Source: Cladosporium halotolerans (lineage: Eukaryota). Taken from it: a stretch of 64,000 nt of DNA. The stretch is taken from assembly GCF_011745625.1 (NCBI RefSeq), contig NW_027191470.1, positions 186,001 through 250,000 of the forward strand, given 5' to 3'. This document shows positions 21,264 to 34,074 of this stretch, in pieces. Numbering within the stretch: position 1 is the first letter of the stretch; each line of letters begins with the position of its first letter. The position numbers were made by a program, and so were the translations under genes. The notes beneath the pieces were generated by a model. The model saw nothing but the letters and a program-made list of their open reading frames with translations, did no database searches and was not told where the DNA came from.

Positions 21264-22910
21264 ATGTTCGGGCGCAAGCAGCCCGCGGCCGAGAGCGAGG
21301 CGTGGCCGGACTCGCCGCAGGCCTACACGCACGATGGCACCAGCAACGACGGGTCGCGCGACGTGATCGACCCAGACAGCGGCGTCAAGCGAGGCCTGAA
21401 GAACCGGCACCTGTCCATGATGGCGCTGGCGGGTATCATCGGACCTGGACTACTCGTCGGCGCCGGCGGAGCGCTGCAGAACGGCGGTCCGGCGTCGTTG
21501 CTGATCGGGTTCGGCGTGATAGGCATCATCGCGTTCTCCGTGATGCAGAGCCTGGGCGAGATCACGACGCTGTTCCCCGGCGGCGGCAGCTTCATCTCGC
21601 TGGGCGAGCGGCTGGTCGACAAGGCGTTCGCGGTCGCCGTGGGCTGGAACTACTTCATCATCTGGGCGGCGGTGCTGGCCAACGAGTACAACGTCACGTC
21701 GAGCATCATGGTCTTCTGGAGCGACAAGGTCCCGCTCTGGGGCTACTTCCTGCTCTTCTGGAGCGCCTTCCTGGCCTTCCAGCTCATCGGCGTCGAGGCT
21801 TTCGGCGAAGCCGAGTTCTGGCTCGCGCTGGCGAAGCTCCTCGGCCTGACGGCCTTCTTCATCTTCTCCATCGTCTACGCCGCCGGCGGGCTGATCGGGC
21901 AGGATGAGCCGCTGGGTTTCCGGTACTGGGACAATCCAGGCGCGTTCAACGGCAACGGCTTCCGCGGCGTGGCGACGGTCTTCGTCTTCTGCTCGACCTT
22001 CTACGCGGGCGTCGAGTCCATCGCCGTCGCCGCGACGGAGTGTAAGAACCCCGGCCGCGCCGTGCCCCAGGCCATCAAGCAAGTCTTCTGGCGCATCATC
22101 TTCATCTACATGGGCTCCGCGTTCTTCTTCGGCATCACCTGCCCGGCCGACGCCGAAGGCCTCGCCGGCAGCGGCGGCGGACGCGCCCTCCAAAGCCCCA
22201 TGACGATCGCCATCCAAAACGCTGGCTGGGAGGGCGGCGTGCACCTGATCAACGCCTTCATCCTCGTCACCTGCGTGTCCGCCATCAACAGCTCGATCTA
22301 CATCGGCTCGCGGACAGTCCTCTACATGGCCAAAACCGGCGGCGCGCCGCGCTTCCTGTCCTACACGAACCGGCGCGGCGTGCCCGTCTACGCGGTGATC
22401 CTCACCAACGCCGTCGGCGCAATCAGCATGATGAACAACTCGACCGGCGGCGCCGAAGCGTACCAGTACATCGTCAACCTGTCCGGCATCAGCACCTTCC
22501 TGGTCTGGGCGTCGATCTCCTTCATGCACATCCGGTTCCGGCAGGCGTGGGCCTTCAACGCGCGCACCACCTCCCAGCTCCCGTTCAAGTCCATGCTCTA
22601 CCCCTGGAACGCGTACTTCGGCGTGTGCGCGAACGTCTTCCTGGCCTTCGTGCAGGGGTGGACGACGCTGAGCCCGTTCGACGCGGGCAGTTTTGTGGAT
22701 GCCTATATCCTGCTGCCACTGTTTCCGATCATTTTCTTCGTCTACAAGTGGGTGAAGAAGACGCGGTTCAAGCGCGTGCGGGAGATCGATGTTGACTCCG
22801 GGCGCAGGGTGGATTTGGATAAGGTTGGGGAGGGGGATGAGTTGGATGTTGAGGGCGGGTTGGCGGCGGAGAGGCCGTCGGTTTGGAAGAGGGCTTGGAA
22901 GAATTTTTAG
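21264..22910 (+). CDS. Amino acid permease (APC superfamily, YAT family)
   Basis: RGLKNRHLSMMALAGIIGPGLLVG, FGEAEFW, GFRYW.NPGAF, FYAGVES, about 12 hydrophobic segments. Confidence 0.93.
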   Translation: MFGRKQPAAESEAWPDSPQAYTHDGTSNDGSRDVIDPDSGVKRGLKNRHLSMMALAGIIGPGLLVGAGGALQNGGPASLLIGFGVIGIIAFSVMQSLGEITTLFPGGGSFISLGERLVDKAFAVAVGWNYFIIWAAVLANEYNVTSSIMVFWSDKVPLWGYFLLFWSAFLAFQLIGVEAFGEAEFWLALAKLLGLTAFFIFSIVYAAGGLIGQDEPLGFRYWDNPGAFNGNGFRGVATVFVFCSTFYAGVESIAVAATECKNPGRAVPQAIKQVFWRIIFIYMGSAFFFGITCPADAEGLAGSGGGRALQSPMTIAIQNAGWEGGVHLINAFILVTCVSAINSSIYIGSRTVLYMAKTGGAPRFLSYTNRRGVPVYAVILTNAVGAISMMNNSTGGAEAYQYIVNLSGISTFLVWASISFMHIRFRQAWAFNARTTSQLPFKSMLYPWNAYFGVCANVFLAFVQGWTTLSPFDAGSFVDAYILLPLFPIIFFVYKWVKKTRFKRVREIDVDSGRRVDLDKVGEGDELDVEGGLAAERPSVWKRAWKNF

Positions 22911-23309
22911 ATGACTGGAGTGGTGGTTGTTGTTGTTGGCGGGTCGGTGTGACATATGGTTAGATCTAATACATATAGCCTGTTGAGTCAGGCTCTATAG
23001 TCAAGATGTCGAAGCGAGACGAGTACCTAGAACTGTTTCTCATCTTCCAGATTTGTTCGTGGAAATCCGAAGGCTGTTTGCTCCTGCATTGCCATCATTA
23101 GTGCGAGTCGCTTGATTCTTCTCAGCGCTGCTCTACAGGACTGTAGGTATCATCTTGGCTCTCATGCTCAAACTGCTTCTTGGATCTTGTACACGAAGGT
23201 ATCTACACGTTTAAAATCTTGTGAGGAAATGCGCTAAATCATGACCATCATCATGTCCCCAGAGTTCCGCAGAACGCCGCAAAGAACACCCACCCACCAA
23301 CCAACAACC

Positions 23310-24368
23310 TCACGAGCTCTTGACCTTCTCGGTCAGCTCAGGCACCTTCTCGAACAAATCACCCACCAACCCCACATCCGCAACCTGGAAGATCGGCGCG
23401 TCGGCATCCTTGTTGATCGCCGCAATGACCTTGCTATCCTTCATGCCAGCCAAGTGCTGGATGGCGCCTGAAATACCGGCACACAGGTACAGCTGAGGCG
23501 CGACGTTCTTGCCCGTCTGGCCGACCTGCAGCGAGTTGTCGGCGAAGCCAGAGTCGACGGCGGCGCGCGAGGCGCCGATGGCAGCGCCCAGGGCGTCCGC
23601 GAGCGGCGGGATCACGCGGTCGAACTCCTCCTTGGACTTGAGGCCGCGGCCGCCGGAGACGACGCGCTCGGCGGTCGCGAGCTCGGGCCGGTCGCTCTTG
23701 GCCAGGTCCTCGGAGACCCAGGTCGTGGTGCTCTCGGCCTTGGGGTCGACGCCCTCCTCGAGCGCCGCGGAGCCGCCCTCGCTCGTGGTGTTCTGGAACG
23801 CGGTGCCGCGGACGGTGATGACCTTTGTGGCGTCGGTGGACTGGACGGTCAGGATGGCGTTGCCGGCGTAGATGGGGCGGATGAAGGTGTCCTCGCCCTC
23901 GATGTCGGTGATGTCGGAGATCTGCTGGACGTCGAGCAGGGCGGCGACGCGCGGGAGCAGGTTCTTGCCGAAGGCGCTGTGGCCGGCGATCACATGGGTG
24001 TAGCTGCCTTTCTTGATGTTCTCCAGCAGTAGCGGGGCGTAGTTCTCGGGCAGGCCCTTGTCGTAGGAGGCGTTGTCGACGTAGATGACTTTTTCGAGGC
24101 CGGGCACTTTGGCGGCTTCGGCGGCGGCGGGCTGGGCGTTGGCACCGGCGAGGAAGCCGTGAATCGAGCCGCCGAGCTTTTGAGCGGCGGTGATGGAGGC
24201 CAGAGAGGAGGGGTTCAGTTTGCCGTCGCGCTGTTCGAGGACAGCGAGAGTGGAGGCTAATCGGCGAAGGTAGGCGTCTTGGGAGAGGCGAGAGATCGGG
24301 GTGGAGCGCTGCTGGCGGAGGCAGGATTGGGCGCCTCGAAGGAGGCTTGTGCGAAGTGTGGGAGCCAT
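23310..24368 (-). CDS. AIM45: Electron transfer flavoprotein alpha subunit, mitochondrial
   Basis: Arg-rich presequence; [48 protein letters not shown]. Confidence 0.95.
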   Translation of the reverse strand: MAPTLRTSLLRGAQSCLRQQRSTPISRLSQDAYLRRLASTLAVLEQRDGKLNPSSLASITAAQKLGGSIHGFLAGANAQPAAAEAAKVPGLEKVIYVDNASYDKGLPENYAPLLLENIKKGSYTHVIAGHSAFGKNLLPRVAALLDVQQISDITDIEGEDTFIRPIYAGNAILTVQSTDATKVITVRGTAFQNTTSEGGSAALEEGVDPKAESTTTWVSEDLAKSDRPELATAERVVSGGRGLKSKEEFDRVIPPLADALGAAIGASRAAVDSGFADNSLQVGQTGKNVAPQLYLCAGISGAIQHLAGMKDSKVIAAINKDADAPIFQVADVGLVGDLFEKVPELTEKVKSS

Positions 24369-24817
24369 TGCGAAGGATTTCAGTGTGGAAGGAAAGGGAA
24401 AGGAAGGTGTTCAGGCGGGCTCTACACAACGCCTCCACGCGCAATGGATTGCATTGTCACAGCGAGCTCGGCGGCTTTGCCTCTAAGCCGAGGTCGCGAG
24501 CAAGTTAGCCGGAAAGGTTTTGTGCCTCAGGCAGCATCGGTCTGATGGATCGAGACGTGCGAAGAAGCTCTCATGTGATAATTACTTGGGTGGGGTGGTT
24601 CTCGAATCATCTTGTGGCTGCTAATGGATTTTTCACGTCTTGCATTTTGCGAACACTTTGTTGATACAAGGGGACATAGCCCCGTCTCCACTAGAAAGAA
24701 CAGGTCGCAATTACAGGAACAAAAAGGTAAGATCAAACACACCGCATCGCGTGGGCCCTCGCAGCCTCGAGGTAACGCCGTGAACACCGTTTTCTATTCC
24801 TTTGGCCAGCTCCAACC

Positions 24818-26962
24818 TCAGATCTCGTGTCTCATGAAGCCTTCGCTGTCCTCTCCCAAAGGCTCCACGCCCTCAGCACCCTCTGCACGCTCGACGCCCA
24901 TCTTCTCCGCCTGAGGCACGTCGATCTTGAGCCCACCGAGCTTGGCCTCGGCCTCGTGCACGCGCCTCCTGAAGGCCAGGCGGTCCAGGAACAGTCGCTG
25001 GCGCATGCGCTCGACTTCGCGACGCTCGGCCTGTAGGAGCGCTTCCATCTCAGAGAACTGCTGCATCTTGAGCTCGAGCTTCTGCAACTGCAAGTTGACA
25101 GCGGCAGACACCTGGTTCGTAAGTTGACGCTCTGCGTGGCTGGCAAGCGCGGCAGATCGTGCAGCTGTGAGAGAAAGAGCGGTGGTGGGGAGGTCGTGGG
25201 ACGAAGTTTGGGGTTCGCGGGTAGCCAAGGAGGTCGTGTCGTCCACATCCATGCTCTCATCACGCTCGCCCTTAACTGCAGCGTCGGTGCTAGAGGTGTC
25301 TTTCTCCTTAGCAGCGTCTTTCTCGGCACCAGGGGTAGCTTCGCGCTCAATGCGAGACTTGAGAGTACGGCGCATCTCGTCTACGCTGCGGCCAGCAGCC
25401 TTAGCGGTGGTGGCGGGGTCGGCAAGGCCAGCGAGGAAGCCCATGACGGACATGACCGGGTTGTCAAGCTGGCTGAAAGGAATGCGTCCGCCGCTGAGGT
25501 AGCCGAGATCAGATGCTCCAACGCCACCAGAAGTGCCGTTGGCTGAAGGAGTCTCCTCCAAATACTTGTCTTCGATCTCGAGCTGCAGGAACTTGAGCAC
25601 GCACTCTTCGCGAGTGCGCGACCCGACGTGGTCTGCCACTGACTCCCAGTTATCGTCGAACATCTCAAGACCCTCCAAGAGCAGGAGAAGCTCGCTGTCT
25701 GACCAGGGCTTCTCCTTGTCGCCGAGGCTGCGGTAGCTCTCGTTCTCCATCTTGACATAGTCTGCCGCAGTTGTCGAGCTGGGGAACCGGGCTTCCTGGT
25801 AGCAAAGGCTGCACAAGTCATATCTCTGATCTTTGTTGGGTTTGGCGTTGGTGGCGCTGGGCGCAGGGTTCTTCGAGTTGTGGTATCGTACCCGCGTGCA
25901 ATCCTTGCCACAAGAGTGGCAGAAGTACTGCTTGCCTTCTTTCTTCAAGCCCTCCTCGAGCTCACTGCCCTCAGCTACCTCACCCTCAGCCTTCTTGGGA
26001 GTCACATCCTTGCCCTTGTCATCGTAGATATTTCTGCGAACTTCGAGATTAAGATCTGCTTGTCCGGACGAGGATGTGATGCGCTCAGTTCCAGGGTAGG
26101 GCTTTCCAGGAGTAATTGTGCTGTTAGGTGCAGGCTGATGCGGCTGCAGGCCGCGAGGTGTATCTGCTGTGATGCGGAAATGGCCAGTGAAAGGCGGGCC
26201 AATGTTTGATGGGCGAGTGTCCGGGTCAATCTGAACGAGTTAGCTTGATTGCCTGAATGAATGTCTGATTTTTGGCGATCTTACCTGGTAGTTGATCAAT
26301 CCCCACTGCTCCAAAAATTGGTGTACGCGCATGATAGCGCACACATCACCTGCCAGGTTCCTTCGGCAAGCGGTGACCGTCAGGTACTCAGCAGGGTTCA
26401 GTCGGTAGGTGTTGACCATGAAATCGCGGTAATCCTTGTATACAGCAGGAGTCTTGCTGCGATTGCGGTTGTTGAAGAACTCGGGAAGCGCCTTCTTCTC
26501 CAGGTTGTGGATCTGGTGCATGTCGAACCACGCGCTGTACGAAGGCAGAATAATCGCGTGGTTTTGATCGATCAAATGCGCGCGCGCAGACTGCTCAACG
26601 GCGCTCTTGTTGACAGCAGCGGGTGTAGCGCTGGTCGCGTCTTGCACGGCAGGAGTGCCGTCCTTGGTGTCTGCCATCTCCTCGTCCTCGGGCTGCGTTT
26701 CCTCAGCTGTTTCAGGCTGCGGCGCATTCGGCGCATCGAGCGGGTTGTCGGAGACTGGTGCCTGCTGAGCATCTGATTCTTCCTGTGGCTGCGGCTTCTC
26801 ATCCTGTTGTGCGGTGGTGTTGTCGGTGTCCTCGGCCATGGACGTGTCGCCCTCCTGCGCTTGCGCGTTCTGCTCCTCGACTTGCGCATTTTCGGCCGCG
26901 ATCATGTCATCGGAGGCCTGAGCCGGCGCTTGGTGATCCTCGTTGGCGAAGTTGCCCTCCAT
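24818..26962 (-). CDS. RSC8: SWI/SNF-RSC subunit of the Swi3/Rsc8/Ssr2 family; exons 26962-26285, 26230-24818
   Basis: SWIRM ([33 protein letters not shown]), ZZ-type finger ([12 protein letters not shown]), SANT ([14 protein letters not shown]) and a coiled coil. Intron GTAAGA..GCTAAC..CAG. Confidence 0.92.
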
Positions 26963-27354
26963 GATGTATGTTCGCGTGTCGTCTCGACTGATTATATGGT
27001 GCACCAGCCTCCCTGTCGCAAACCGCAGCGGTGATTCCAGTCGCGTAGCCGAAAGGGCGTGGGGATAGCTACGCCTGCTCTAGACCTAGCCGCGACAATC
27101 AGAAAAGCCAATGTCCGGGGTGGATGATGTTGGTGGGGTTCGGGTGCGGCAGTGGTCAACACTTTGGGCTCGACGTGTCTGGCGTCGCGTTTGGGAAGAG
27201 CGGAGCGCAGGAAGTTGCTCGCCGCGTTTCCACCTTGTGGCCTCAGGCCTCCCACGAATCGAACTCCCGCGGCGAACTTTCGCAGGCGATGGGCTTGGGA
27301 ACATGGGATGCGCAAGAGAGCACGAGGGCAGGTCGTCCATCTCACACCCGCGCC

Positions 27355-28853
27355 ATGCCTCGCAAATACCACGCACTGAAAGTGCCTGTACGTTGATACA
27401 AGCTATGCGCCCTCCATACCACTTGAAATCGCTAACAACGAGCCGTACAGAAAGTGCGACAAGATTGGTCGAAGTGGAATCTCTACAACCTTTCACGCAT
27501 CAAGACCCCCAACGCCTCGAAACTCTCCTTCTTCCAACAAAAATGGGCCGCTAAATCACTCGCTCGCGCCTACCACAATCCATACGTTCGCGAAGGACAA
27601 TGGACGCGCATGTTCGACCGTCGATTGCCCGCAGTGGTGCCCATGAACTTCCAGTACCTGGCCCGCAATGACGGTAGCGAACAAGCATCAGGACGAGGAA
27701 TGGGATTGGAAGAAGAGGATGCGCATGAGATGGGGCGATCGGAACCGGGAAGACGAAAGCTAGGTATGGGTATGGCCAAAAAGTCAACGCCTTACATGCA
27801 TATGGCTTTTTACCCGCTGGAGAGGAGATTGGACACTGCGATATTCAGAGCGATGTTTGCGAGCTCGAGCAAACAGGCGAGGCAGTTTGTTACACACGGC
27901 TGGGTCAAGGTCAACGGCAAGAAGGTGGGTTTGCGAGTCCATGATGAAATACGCGTGAGACTAACGGTGCGCAGATGACTTACCCTGGATACCTTCTGAA
28001 CCCCGGCGACATGTTTTCGGTAGAGCCGGAGAGAGTGCTTTTTGCCACTGGCGTTCAGAAACCTGTGCAGCAGAAGCGCGGCGCGAAGAAGGCGGCGGCT
28101 GAAGGCGAGGAAGCTGAGGAAGGTCAAGAGGAGGTTAACGAGGAATCTACGGAGGAACCCAGCGAGCAGACAGAGGTGAAGGGGAGCGATTCAAAGGAGG
28201 CTGAGTCGGAGTCAGCACCCAACGAGGCCGACGCCGTGCCCGGACCTGAAGAGGCGCTGAAGGCTCTCAAAAAGCTCAGGAATCGCGCGTCCCATATCAT
28301 GGAGGGTTCGAAAGCGGAACTGACCGGACGCCGCCGCCAGGAACTGCGCAGCATCTCAAAAACTGTCCGCGCGACAATGACTAGATTCGGCCGCCGAGAC
28401 AGCAAGGACCCTGAAGGCCAGTCCGTTGAGGAGTTGACCGCGCTCCTCAACGACATTGTCTCGAAGATCCCTAAGGAGCACCTGCCCGCTACTGAGAAGA
28501 CCTCAAAATCCGAAGAGGGCTCCGCCCCCAAGTCCTCAAACCCTCAGGCCCAGGATCCCGAGCACGAGGACGAGTACAAAGCTGCAAAGGACGCCCAGCT
28601 CCTGCACCAGGCTCTGCAGCGAGCACGCGAGAACCCCTACGATCCCTCCAAGCCCTACAGAACTCCCTGGATGCCCAGAAGCTACATGAGCGCTTTCGCG
28701 TTCATTCCGCGTTACCTCGAGGTCAACCAGAACATCTGCTCGGCTGTCTACCTACGTCACCCCGTGGCGCGCCCCGGCATCGCCGAGGTCCCCACGCCCC
28801 TCAGCGCAGAGACAATGGGTCTGGCTTTCAACTGGTACCTGAGGAGGCGATAG
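27355..28853 (+). CDS. NAM9: Mitochondrial ribosomal protein uS4m; exons 27355-27387, 27451-27924, 27975-28853
   Basis: [50 protein letters not shown] (S4 domain), [16 protein letters not shown]. Confidence 0.92.
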
Positions 28854-29434
28854 AGGAGTCGTGAGAGAGCGCGGTGTTTGGCGTATGATTCTTCAGGATT
28901 ATTCCCTGCATAGCTTGCATGGTTCAGGGCGCGGCAAAAGGAGGCGAGGTCGCATACCTTATTTTGTACAACGTTGTCAATGTAACAATAGAGATGAAAA
29001 TTCGCCCACATCGATTCATCACATTCGGCCCTGCTTTCTCTGCCCATCCTACGTTCCAAAACGTGCGGATCTCGCCACTTAATCATCGGTGTTGGAATAT
29101 GTGGTTCATGTTGGATTTATGATCGAAATCTTGTTGCTTGACACTACCTACACCTACACCAATGGCGGTCTTCCGCTCTTCATAGTCCAACCATTTCCAA
29201 TGTCCAAGCCAAAGAAAGAGAGAAAAGAAACCCTGCACAAATTATCTGTCCAAGAACGCCCCCGCTGTGATTTACGTGAAATAGAGAAGAACACCTCGTA
29301 AGCCAATACCGCCCTTTTCGTTTTCATGAAACGCCCCGCCATTCCCCTTCGCCATGTTAGCGCCCTCGTGTAGTCGTTGCACGGTCTGTGGTCGCGTGAA
29401 GAATCTCTGGTCTGTGTGGTCTAACCTGATCCTC

Positions 29435-31580
29435 TCACCAGCGTCCGCCAGCCATGCCCTCCTCCGCAGCCTTGCCGCTGACATAACGACGGCGACTGCC
29501 GCTCTCAGGCACATACAGCGTTTCGTCCGTGATATCGGCGCCAGTCCTGCTCACCACCCTGCCACCTGCGTACGGCGAGTGCTTCGGCGGCGAAGGCGGC
29601 ATATCGCCGCGAAGGTTGTAGCGGCCACCGCGGCCATGCGGTGAGGCCTGCGGCTCCTGGGGAATCTGTGCGTAGGCATCGTGGTTGCGGATACCGCGGG
29701 TCGCCGACGCGAGGTCGCCATACTGCTTGCCGCGTGGCGTGGCGACGGACTTGAAATCGGAGCTCTCGTAGAAGTCGGGCTTGGACTTCTTCTTGGTGGC
29801 GGTGCGGAGGCTGGGCGCGGACTCGGAGTAGACGCTGGAGCCGGCAAAGTGGCTGGACTGTGCGGAGGCGTTGGTGTGCGAGCGGTTGACCGCGGTTTCG
29901 TTGAGGGGCTGGCGCTCTTCGTGGCCGACGATGGTGGGGGTGTCGTCGTCGTCGTCGTTGTCTTGAGGGTATTTCTCATAGTTCTGGTAGGTAGTTTCCT
30001 GGAAGCTGTCGTGGCGAGGGTGGTGGGGCAGAGCGTTCTCGTCGTTCGGTGGGGTGGGCGGGTTCATGCGAAGGGGCTGCGGCATGAATTGAGCTTGAGC
30101 GTCCGAAGGCACAGGAGAGAGAAGGGGTGAGAATTGAGCTCTGCGCTCAGGTTCCGGGGAGGAAACGGGCGAAGGACGCGAGAAGTTGGGAGTACGACGA
30201 CGGGAAGGCGACGGGGGTGCGACGGCGCCGAGGTCGCCGTCTCTGGGAGCCGCATCGTCGAGCACAAACCAGTTGTCGTTGAGTAAAGCATCCTGTTGCT
30301 GTGATTGGGCATGTTCATTGGTCGGTGCGTACTGGTGCTGTTGGTCGCGCATAGAAACGGAAGAGCCTGGACGAGGAGAGTGCGAGCGTCCCTGGCTGGT
30401 GTGTGGAGGAACAGCAGGAGCATTTGCCAACGATCCTACGAAGGAGAATGAATCGCAGTCGCGCTTCTCAGGATTTTGGTTTGCGGAATGAGTTGTCTGT
30501 GCAAAAGACTTGCGAGACGCAGAGTCGTTTTGAGCTTGTTGATATTGCATATGTTCCTCCATTTGCTGACGCGAGTATCTTGCAGAACGAGGATTGTGCG
30601 GAGAGAAGTCCATCTGTTGACCAATTCGACTGTGGCGGAACTCGACAGTCCGGTCGTCGTGGCTGCTCTTGGAAAGGCGTTGGTCGTTCACATTCAGTGT
30701 GCTGCCACTCATGTAGCCCGGCTTCTGCATCATCGAGACCGCAGATGCCTCCGAGTTCTTGTACTGATGCTTTCGGCTAGTCAAGTTGTCCTCGAGCGGG
30801 TTCATGTCCGGAGGGTAGGTTGCAATTTTGCGGAACAAGAGGGTGAGCCAGATGCCGAGTCCAATGGAAATCAGATGTAGCCCCCCAACAACTGCAGAGA
30901 TGATGAAGGTTGACAACAGCAAAGGGCCGGTGCTGTCTTCGCCTTGCTTAAAGATATCCGTCCACCGCGTCTCAGATCCAATTGGCGCGGTCCAGTTCTG
31001 ATGAGCGAACAGAGCCGTGTAGACATAGAACGGTATGAGACCGCCATCCATCACAATCGAGAAGATATGATAGCTTGCACTAGAGCCCGGTGTACGCCGT
31101 TTGGCAGGGTAGGCAAGGTGGTAGACGCCATATGAAGATATGATCATATCCCACGCGGGCTACATCTTGTTAGTGTTGGGTACCTTTTCGCCTGCATCAT
31201 CAACTTACAGGTATCCTCATGATCCAACCTTGCGCGGTCTCTACGTTCCTCACGAAGATTACACAGAGGAGACAACCGACTGCACCCAGCACCTGTGCTA
31301 TCCTCAACCCGAATTGAACCCATCGAATTGCTGTCACTTTCGTCTTGGTGTTTGTCGGCATTGGCTCACGTGTCGGCTGGGGCGCAACAACCATAAAGCT
31401 GTCTGGGTGTTTGTTGAAATCGATCAACGGGCCCTCCTTCTTCGGCTTCGACATGGTGCTCTCTGCAGCGGAGATCCATGATGCTCGTGTTACGGCCTTC
31501 GGGTCGAAGTCGGAATATGGGTAGGCGATGTGGCGGCGCGAAGGCGGGTCGTAGAGGTATGGTGCGTCGGCACCGCCCAT
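29435..31580 (-). CDS. Fungal membrane protein (about 4 N-terminal TM helices, MARVEL-like layout) with a long disordered C-terminal tail; exons 31580-31209, 31159-29435
   Basis: Intron GTAAGT..ACTAAC..TAG joins ORFs 31200-31580 and 29435-31147 in frame. Hydrophobic segments are followed by PPDMNPLEDNLTSR. Confidence 0.75.
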
Positions 31581-31935
31581 TTTAACGATCGAATGCAGCG
31601 ATGCGAAAGAATGTCAACGAAGTATGCAGACAGCAACGAGAGGAATGTAACTGAGATTAAGCTCCCAGAACCTGAGAGGGTCGCGCGGTGGTCTCACTGT
31701 ATCCATGGCCGGGCCGTGTTTACGTTGTCAAGGGCAACTCCACAGAACCTCCAGTCGTGGAGAAGCGATCGCCCCAATTCGATTAGCCTTCAATGGATCC
31801 CGCCCGATATGGGCCGTGGCGCCCGCTTCCGACGCCGCCGAGACGACATGACGCATTGGCATCTGATAAGCCGGCCCAGGAAGCGAGCTTTTGTTTCGCG
31901 ATCCATCTTCACGCAGCGCCAGTGCACATCGAAGC

Positions 31936-33604
31936 ATGAATTTCCTCCGGCAGACGCCATACGTCTGCAACACCTGCCGCCATGGCCTTTCGCTGCGACG
32001 CAGTGGTGTCCAGTATGGCCTCCACCGCTACAGTACCGCGACCTCCCGCCGTCCGATGCGACTGGCCGTCATCGGCTCGGGTCCTGCGGGCTATTACACT
32101 GCCTACCGGATCATGAAGAAGATGCCCGAGGCTTATGTCGACATGTATGAGTCGCTACCGGTACCCTATGGCCTCGTACGATTCGGTGTAGCGCCTGATC
32201 ATCCCGAAGTAAAGGTAGGGTTGACGACTACCTACAACGAACGTGGGTAGGACTGATCGCTCATAGCCCGTCTAGAAAAGCTCCGAAACTCTCGACGATG
32301 TCGCCAAATGGCCTAACTTCAACTTTGTTGGAAACGTGTCAATCGGAGACGCGCCAGGCCTGCTCCCTCTTAAAACGATCGCGGAAAACTACGACGGCAT
32401 GCTGTTTGCATATGGTGCTTCTAGGGATAAAAAGCTTGGAGTACCTGGTGAGGATCTCAATGGTGTCATTTCTGCAAGATCTTTTGTTGGCTGGTACAAC
32501 GGATTGCCGGAGTATGAACACCTCAACCCCGATCTGCAGTCTGGCGACACTGCAGTGATCATTGGACAGGGCAACGTTGCATTGGATGTTGCACGAGTGT
32601 TATTGGCTCCGCTCAGCCTTCTGCGTGAGACGGATATATCAGAGCAGGCCATGGAAGCATTGAGTAAGAGCCGTGTCACAGACGTCAAGGTCATTGGTCG
32701 TCGCGGTCCTTTGCAAGCACCCTACACGATCAAAGAGCTGCGAGAGCTACTGCACATGCCCGGCGTTGGATTTGTGCCTCCACCTGAGGGATGGGACGAC
32801 CTTATTAGAATCAACCGCAAGCAGCTTCCCCGACAACTTAAGCGAATCTCAGAGCTGCTGGAGAAGGGCTCCAAAACACCTATGGACCAGGCTCAGAAGG
32901 CATGGCAGCTTGGCTATCTCCGCTCTCCTACGGAATTTCTTTCAACCGATGGCAAGAACCTCAGCGCTGTAGGCTTTGACCGGACGGAGTATGTCGCGGA
33001 GCCCGAGTCTGTTCTTCCCAAGGACGAGGGCCCCACCCTGTCTGGACCCCCTGCAGCCATGAACGCCATCCGTGACCTTCGAGTACGAAACACAGGTGCG
33101 AAAGCAAAGGTCGATGCTACATTGGCATTCCGCTCGGTTGGGTACAAGAGCGAGCCTCTTGCAGGATTCGATCATCTGGGAATACCGTTTGACCAGAAAC
33201 TCGGCATCATCCCTAACGACATGCACGGCCGCATCATTTCTCCCGACCAAGGACCTCTTGCTGGTCTGACAGCAGGGCATGTCCCGGGAATGTACTGTGC
33301 TGGTTGGGTGAAGCGTGGCCCCACCGGCGTTATTGCAAGCACCATGGACGACGCATTCCACTCCGGCGATATCATTATGCAAGACTGGGTGGACAATGTC
33401 AAGTTCAACAATTCCGGCGACACTGAGGCTAAGGGTGGCTGGGAGGTCGTCAAGAAGGAAGTTGAGAAAAGGGGAATTCAAAGTCTCAGCTGGGCGGATT
33501 GGGAGAAGATCGATGCCGAAGAGCGGAGGAGGGGCAAAGAGAAGGGCAAGGCTCGTGAGAAAGTCAGAGGCGTCGAGGAGATGCTGAAGATTGTCAACTC
33601 GTGA
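31936..33604 (+). CDS. ARH1: NADPH:adrenodoxin (ferredoxin) oxidoreductase, mitochondrial; exons 31936-32214, 32276-33604
   Basis: AVIGSGPAG, PYGLVRFGVAPDHPEVK, FVGWYNG, IIGQGNVALDVAR, GWVKRGPTGVI. Confidence 0.93.
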
Positions 33605-34074
33605 GTTTGTACATAATGTACACATACACGGAATGTACAAATGTTTTCGATGTACACTTGGTCCGCTAGGTTCACAAGGTGGTTCAGATCACAGTAGGGC
33701 GGCGAAGGCGGCTTCGAGCTCACACCTGGGCAGCTGTAGACGGCAATTGCCGCCCTGAGAGTGATACGGCATCGTACGATACACGTGTTTAGGCAATGTG
33801 CCTTTAGCCTTTTCGCAAACAACCATCTCAAAGGAACAGTCCATCATGATTGGATCCCATTAGTTTACTGCAATGTTGTTTCATGAAGCGAAGTGTCGCT
33901 TACGTCCATCGTTCTATGTAGCGAACATCCCGATCCGTCGCCAAGCGCTGCTAGAGGAGAGCTAAAGTAAGCAACAGTATCACCTCGTATCTCTCACCAT
34001 AAGAACTGGCCGTTCTGCCTTCAAGGAATGATGAATTCGTGTTGTAGCTAGAGCAGCCTATTTTTCAAAACGCC

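Noticed and set aside
21450..22955. 501-aa antisense ORF over the permease; similar long shadow ORFs at 40489-41499, 42404-43894, 23434-24444 and 61108-61887
   Set aside because: Expected by-product of high GC3 codon bias in real genes; no recognisable protein features.
33745..33790. CTGAGA..ATAC resembling the start of a TPP riboswitch
   Set aside because: The downstream conserved aptamer elements are missing and there is no thiamine-related gene or intron context.
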